A stretch of DNA of 64,000 nt from assembly GCA_026770705.1 (NCBI GenBank), contig JANJGN010000007.1:56606001-56670000 (forward strand), read 5' to 3'. Source of the stretch: Isurus oxyrinchus (taxonomy: Eukaryota). The first letter of the stretch is position 1. The number at the start of each line of letters is the position of its first letter. Shown here piece by piece: positions 62,273 through 64,000 of the stretch. The notes beneath the pieces were generated by a model, which was not told the origin of the DNA, ran no database searches, and saw nothing but the letters and a program-made list of their open reading frames with translations. The position numbers and the translations under genes were made by a program.

Positions 62273-63259
62273 TTAGTGATGTACCCAGCTTTGACTTGCA
62301 ATGCACATTGCCTTCCTCTTGAGGGTGAGCTCTGTAACTGCCAGGCATAAGGGAAAAAAAATCTGCTTAACTGAGGAGAAGAGCCTTCCAATTCCTTTCA
62401 AATATCCGTCAAATTGGAGCACAACTATCAACGTCTGGTGCAACAGACGCCCTCTTGCCAACAAGGAGAGGAGTGTAGAATGGGAGCAGAAGAAAAGAAG
62501 AGAAGCAGTTACATAATCTTAGAAATTATTCTTTACTGAACTGAAAAAGACTGAAAGAAAAGGGATTAATTTGGTCTTTCCACTTTTGTGAAGGACACTT
62601 CCTCTTGTCAAAATACAGGAGTGGCTGCAAATAAACAACTTGTTTCTAAAAAAAATCAATTGCATTTTCCCACCCCACCCTGCTCAGCACAGTCTTAAAC
62701 CTGTGAAGCTGAAAGTCTAAAATATAATGACTTATGAGATCGGGGTGTGTTCTGTAATGAAGGAACATTATCTCATGTTTGATGAGTCACGTTACTGGTT
62801 TGAATTGAATACCCCCAAAGCATTCATTGATCTTGAAAACCTTTATTTTGTGTCAGCAATATTTGTCCTGCCTCACATCTCCCTTAATTTTGGAGCTGCA
62901 ATAAGACATTTTTCTCTGTCATATAATCACTTTCCAACAAATGTGAATGTTTTGACTGATCAATGACTGAATTATAGTAAGTGTATGAATAATTTTTTTG
63001 GTTAAAATCGTCAGCAGTATAACATCATTATAAGAACCTAGGCATTTTCCTCATTTTTATTTCTGTCCCTCTTCTTCTGTCTCCCAGTTGCAGTTAAAGA
63101 AGGTAGGTTGGCAAACCATTCTATTCTGCTATAATTCTTTACATGTCTAGTAGGGTGTGCAATAATAAAATGAACCCAATTAAATTATCTTCTAATTTTT
63201 CTTTCTTTCATTTGGAAGCACCCAGTCTCAGCTCCAAGTCTCTTTTCTCTCTAAGATAA

Positions 63260-63848
63260 GGGATGTCTTGCTGTAATTGTACAGGGCCTTGGTGAGACCA
63301 CACCTGGAATATTGTGTGCAGTTTTGGTCTCTTTATCTGAGGAAGGATGTTCTTGCTATAGAGGGGGTGCAGGAAAGGCTTACCAAACTGATTCCTGGGA
63401 TGGTGGGACTGACATATGAGGAGAGATTGAGTCGGTTATGATTATATTCGCTGGAGTTCAGAAGAATGAGGGGGATCGCATAGAAACCTATAAAATTCTA
63501 ACAGGACTAGACAGGGCAGGTGCAGGAAGGATGTTCCTGATGGTGGGAGAGTCCAGTACCAGGAGTAACAGTCTGAGGATATGGTGTAGACCATTTAGGA
63601 CTGAGATGAGAAGAAATTTCTTCACCCAGAGAGTGGTGAGACTGTGGAATTCGCTACCACAGAAAGTAGTTGAGGCCAAGAAAGACTTAGATATAGCTCT
63701 TGGGTGAAAGGGATCAAAGGATATGAGGAGAAAGCAGGAGCAGACTATTGAGTTGGATGATCAGCAATGATCATTATGAATAGCGGAGCAGGTTCGAAGG
63801 GCCAAATGGCCTACTCCTGCTCCTAGTTTCTATGTTTCTATATTTCTA
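63260..63848 (+). mobile_element. CR1 3' fragment with (TTTCTATR)n tail
   Basis: LYRALVRPHLEYCVQFW, FRTEMRRNFFTQRVVRLWNSLP; tail tttctatgtttctatatttctat. Confidence 0.88.
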
Positions 63849-63849
63849 T

Positions 63850-63987
63850 AAAAGCAAAATACTGCGGATGCTGGAAATCTGAAACAATAAATCAAAAAAT
63901 GTTGGAAAAACTCAGCAGGTCTGACTGCACCTGTGGAGGCAAGGACAGAGTTAACATTTTGAGTCTGTATGACTCTTCTTCAGAGCT
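63850..63987 (-). mobile_element. Penelope terminal-repeat fragment with hammerhead-like motif
   Basis: Reverse strand AGCT-CTGAAGA-A-GAGTC ATACA GACTC-AAAATGTT-AACT. Confidence 0.65.
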
Positions 63988-64000
63988 AACAGGAAGCTCT

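Noticed and set aside
62273-62516. First coding exon candidates near 62.3 kb
   Set aside because: Weak donor and ambiguous frame; insufficient support.

Overview
Eukaryotic, repeat-dense vertebrate DNA. The repeat families (CR1, Deu-domain SINEs, Penelope, Harbinger MITEs) look like those of a cartilaginous fish, which is an inference. Most of the window is nested, decayed mobile elements. A CR1 LINE (~40-4557) is interrupted by an RTE LINE and by a 1.9 kb cluster of tRNA(Thr-like)-headed SINE units with a Tx1-type LINE 3' end. A full-length Gmr1-like Ty3/Gypsy LTR element (5241-16079; order gag-PR-IN-RT-RH) carries nested Penelope and CR1 insertions. A complete two-gene PIF/Harbinger transposon (16345-25448; TIRs and AGA TSD) carries a tRNA-headed, ORF1-less LINE and a solo LTR. 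Further Harbinger relics, MITEs, SINEs and Penelope hammerhead fragments are scattered through the rest. In the unique AT-rich DNA I find four splice-bounded, stop-free exons on the minus strand (58084-58153, 48239-48371, 32118-32300, 28039-28182), in two phase-compatible pairs, of a host gene I cannot name. Most ORFs in the supplied track are fragments of TE pseudogenes or spurious. All family assignments are by eye from motifs; no database search was run.
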